A stretch of DNA of 63,863 nt, filler included, from Octopus bimaculoides (Eukaryota), in assembly GCF_001194135.2 (NCBI RefSeq). It is 10 parts of 9 records of this genome, joined end to end, with 100 filler letters (N's around TTAATTAATTAA, not from the genome) between each part and the next. Parts side by side here need not be neighbours in the genome. Positions count along the whole stretch, not along the records: positions 62,374 to 63,863 come from NW_026301682.1; 9 more parts are not named here. One strand, 5' to 3'. Positions 62,530 to 63,863 of this stretch are shown here, in pieces. Under the pieces are notes generated by a model. The model had not been told where the DNA came from, did not search any database, and saw only the letters and a list, made by a program, of their open reading frames with translations. The position numbers and the translations under genes were made by a program. Numbering within the stretch: the stretch's first letter is position 1; each line of letters starts with the position of its first letter.

Positions 62530-63863
62530 TAAACCAGCGAAATGTGTGTCTTGGAAAATGTGTGCATCTTAGAGCATTATTTGTTAGTTTATTTATCAAC
62601 TTACCCTTAGAGAATAATATGAAATATAGTTCTAAATTACATAACAAACAGTATCACCTACCTTTGTCGTACGGGAACGACTTCCCGGTGACCGACTATT
62701 CTAACGAATATTGCTTTTTTTGTTCTTTCAGTTCCCAGATGAATTTACTAAGACTAGTGCTTGCTATTTTATTTCTATCTCTAAAGGTACTATAATGATT
62801 AGATAATCTTTTACAGATTTGTCCCGAAGTACACCCCAGGTATCGGCTAACATCTGTCTGAGTCCTTATCTTACATTGATAAACTACATTTCTAACTCTC
62901 GCATTAGGGCCTTCAAACTTCGATCTTCTGGGGTTGACCTCTGTTACTGTAATCAAATTCCGATTTTTATTACCATTACCACTATTATTAATACCGCTAT
63001 TATTATTGTTATTTATATCAGGGTTCATATCGCTATCCACCCCTATTTCTTTTGATTTAAGTATTTTAAAATTATGAGCTGCAATTATTTGGGCTAAGTT
63101 CATAGTGTTTGAAAAACCAAATCTAATGGTATGTGTATTAATAATTTTACCATAGTGTGAATTCTTTGGGAAATGTCTGCTTATCACCTCTCTAAACTGT
63201 GCAATCAAGTTAGATTTAATATTCCTACCAAAAGGAACTATGAACCAAACATTATCATCTTTAGTACTATCACAGTCACTAGTATAATTCTTAAAAAAAT
63301 TTAAATTACTTATGTTACGTTTATGGAAATTCCTGGGATTATCTTCCTTATTTCCACTAAGTTTATTCTTATACCTATTATTCTTATCTGTCTTAACGTT
63401 GTTACTATCAGTTTCAATATAGTAAACCTTCTCTTTGTATCCTGCCCTATTTAATGCCGAATTATAGAATTGAGCTTCATTATCAAAAATCTTATCATTA
63501 GCAGATAATCTGGAGAGTCTTAATGAAATATTTTTAACTAAATTATCAATAATTTTTCTAGGATGGTTACTCCACTTATTTATATATCTTAGGTTAGTTA
63601 AAGGTTTATGATATGGTCTATAGGTCTCATTTTCAATATCTAATGTCACATCCAAGAAATTTGCTACAGAAATATCGTTTTCATAAATGATGTTCATCCC
63701 CATTCTATGAAAAAATCTAGCCAGTCTACCCTTAATCCTCTGTAGTTGTTGGTTGGAGCTATTCCCAATATATAGAAGACAGTTATCCCTATATAGACAC
63801 CCCCTAATCATAAGAAATTGATCATTCAATTCATAAAGAATGAAGGAACCCACCATATCAGCT
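62530..63863 (-). mobile_element. Penelope-like element, running off the right edge of the window
   Basis: RT palm/thumb plus GIY-YIG ORF; past two stops (62696-62698, 62654-62656) the frame continues ..YCLLCNLELYFI..LINK..RCTH (C-terminal Cys/His motif). Confidence 0.92.
62696..63856 (-). CDS. PLE reverse transcriptase / GIY-YIG endonuclease ORF (386 aa visible, frame open to the window end)
   Basis: LYRDN (YRDD-like), ANFLDVTLD, YRPYHKP, YINKWSNHP, ISLRLSRLS, VWFIVPF, NVVYQC..RYLGCT..KRLSNHYSTFR..TSLSKFIWELK. Confidence 0.85.
   Translation of the reverse strand: MVGSFILYELNDQFLMIRGCLYRDNCLLYIGNSSNQQLQRIKGRLARFFHRMGMNIIYENDISVANFLDVTLDIENETYRPYHKPLTNLRYINKWSNHPRKIIDNLVKNISLRLSRLSANDKIFDNEAQFYNSALNRAGYKEKVYYIETDSNNVKTDKNNRYKNKLSGNKEDNPRNFHKRNISNLNFFKNYTSDCDSTKDDNVWFIVPFGRNIKSNLIAQFREVISRHFPKNSHYGKIINTHTIRFGFSNTMNLAQIIAAHNFKILKSKEIGVDSDMNPDINNNNNSGINNSGNGNKNRNLITVTEVNPRRSKFEGPNARVRNVVYQCKIRTQTDVSRYLGCTSGQICKRLSNHYSTFRDRNKIASTSLSKFIWELKEQKKQYSLE

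Overview
Eukaryotic, AT-rich, microsatellite-saturated genomic DNA with many N gaps. It is probably a coleoid cephalopod (Octopus-like); this is an inference from SINE families and repeat style and was not verified. No complete host gene, rRNA, true tRNA or CRISPR array is supported. The window is mostly transposable-element debris: three tRNA-headed SINE families (about 25 copies), RTE-clade LINEs (one with a twin-priming-type 5' inversion, one with an in-frame 48-bp minisatellite), R4/Dong-like and CRE-like restriction-endonuclease (RLE) retrotransposon fragments, three Penelope-like elements (PLEs), a mariner remnant, a Helitron helicase remnant and several MITEs/foldbacks, one with a TTAGGG core. 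The most notable signal is a dispersed set of minimal type-I hammerhead ribozyme (HHR) motifs. Two have intact cores (56061-56108 minus, 59715-59795 plus) and several are decayed; many are embedded in short foldback elements, suggesting a PLE-dependent, retrozyme-like family. Nine TTAATTAATTAA words inside 100-bp gaps are artificial scaffold-join linkers, so adjacency across them is unreliable. All alignments were done by eye, and boundaries are approximate unless TSD/TIR positions are given.
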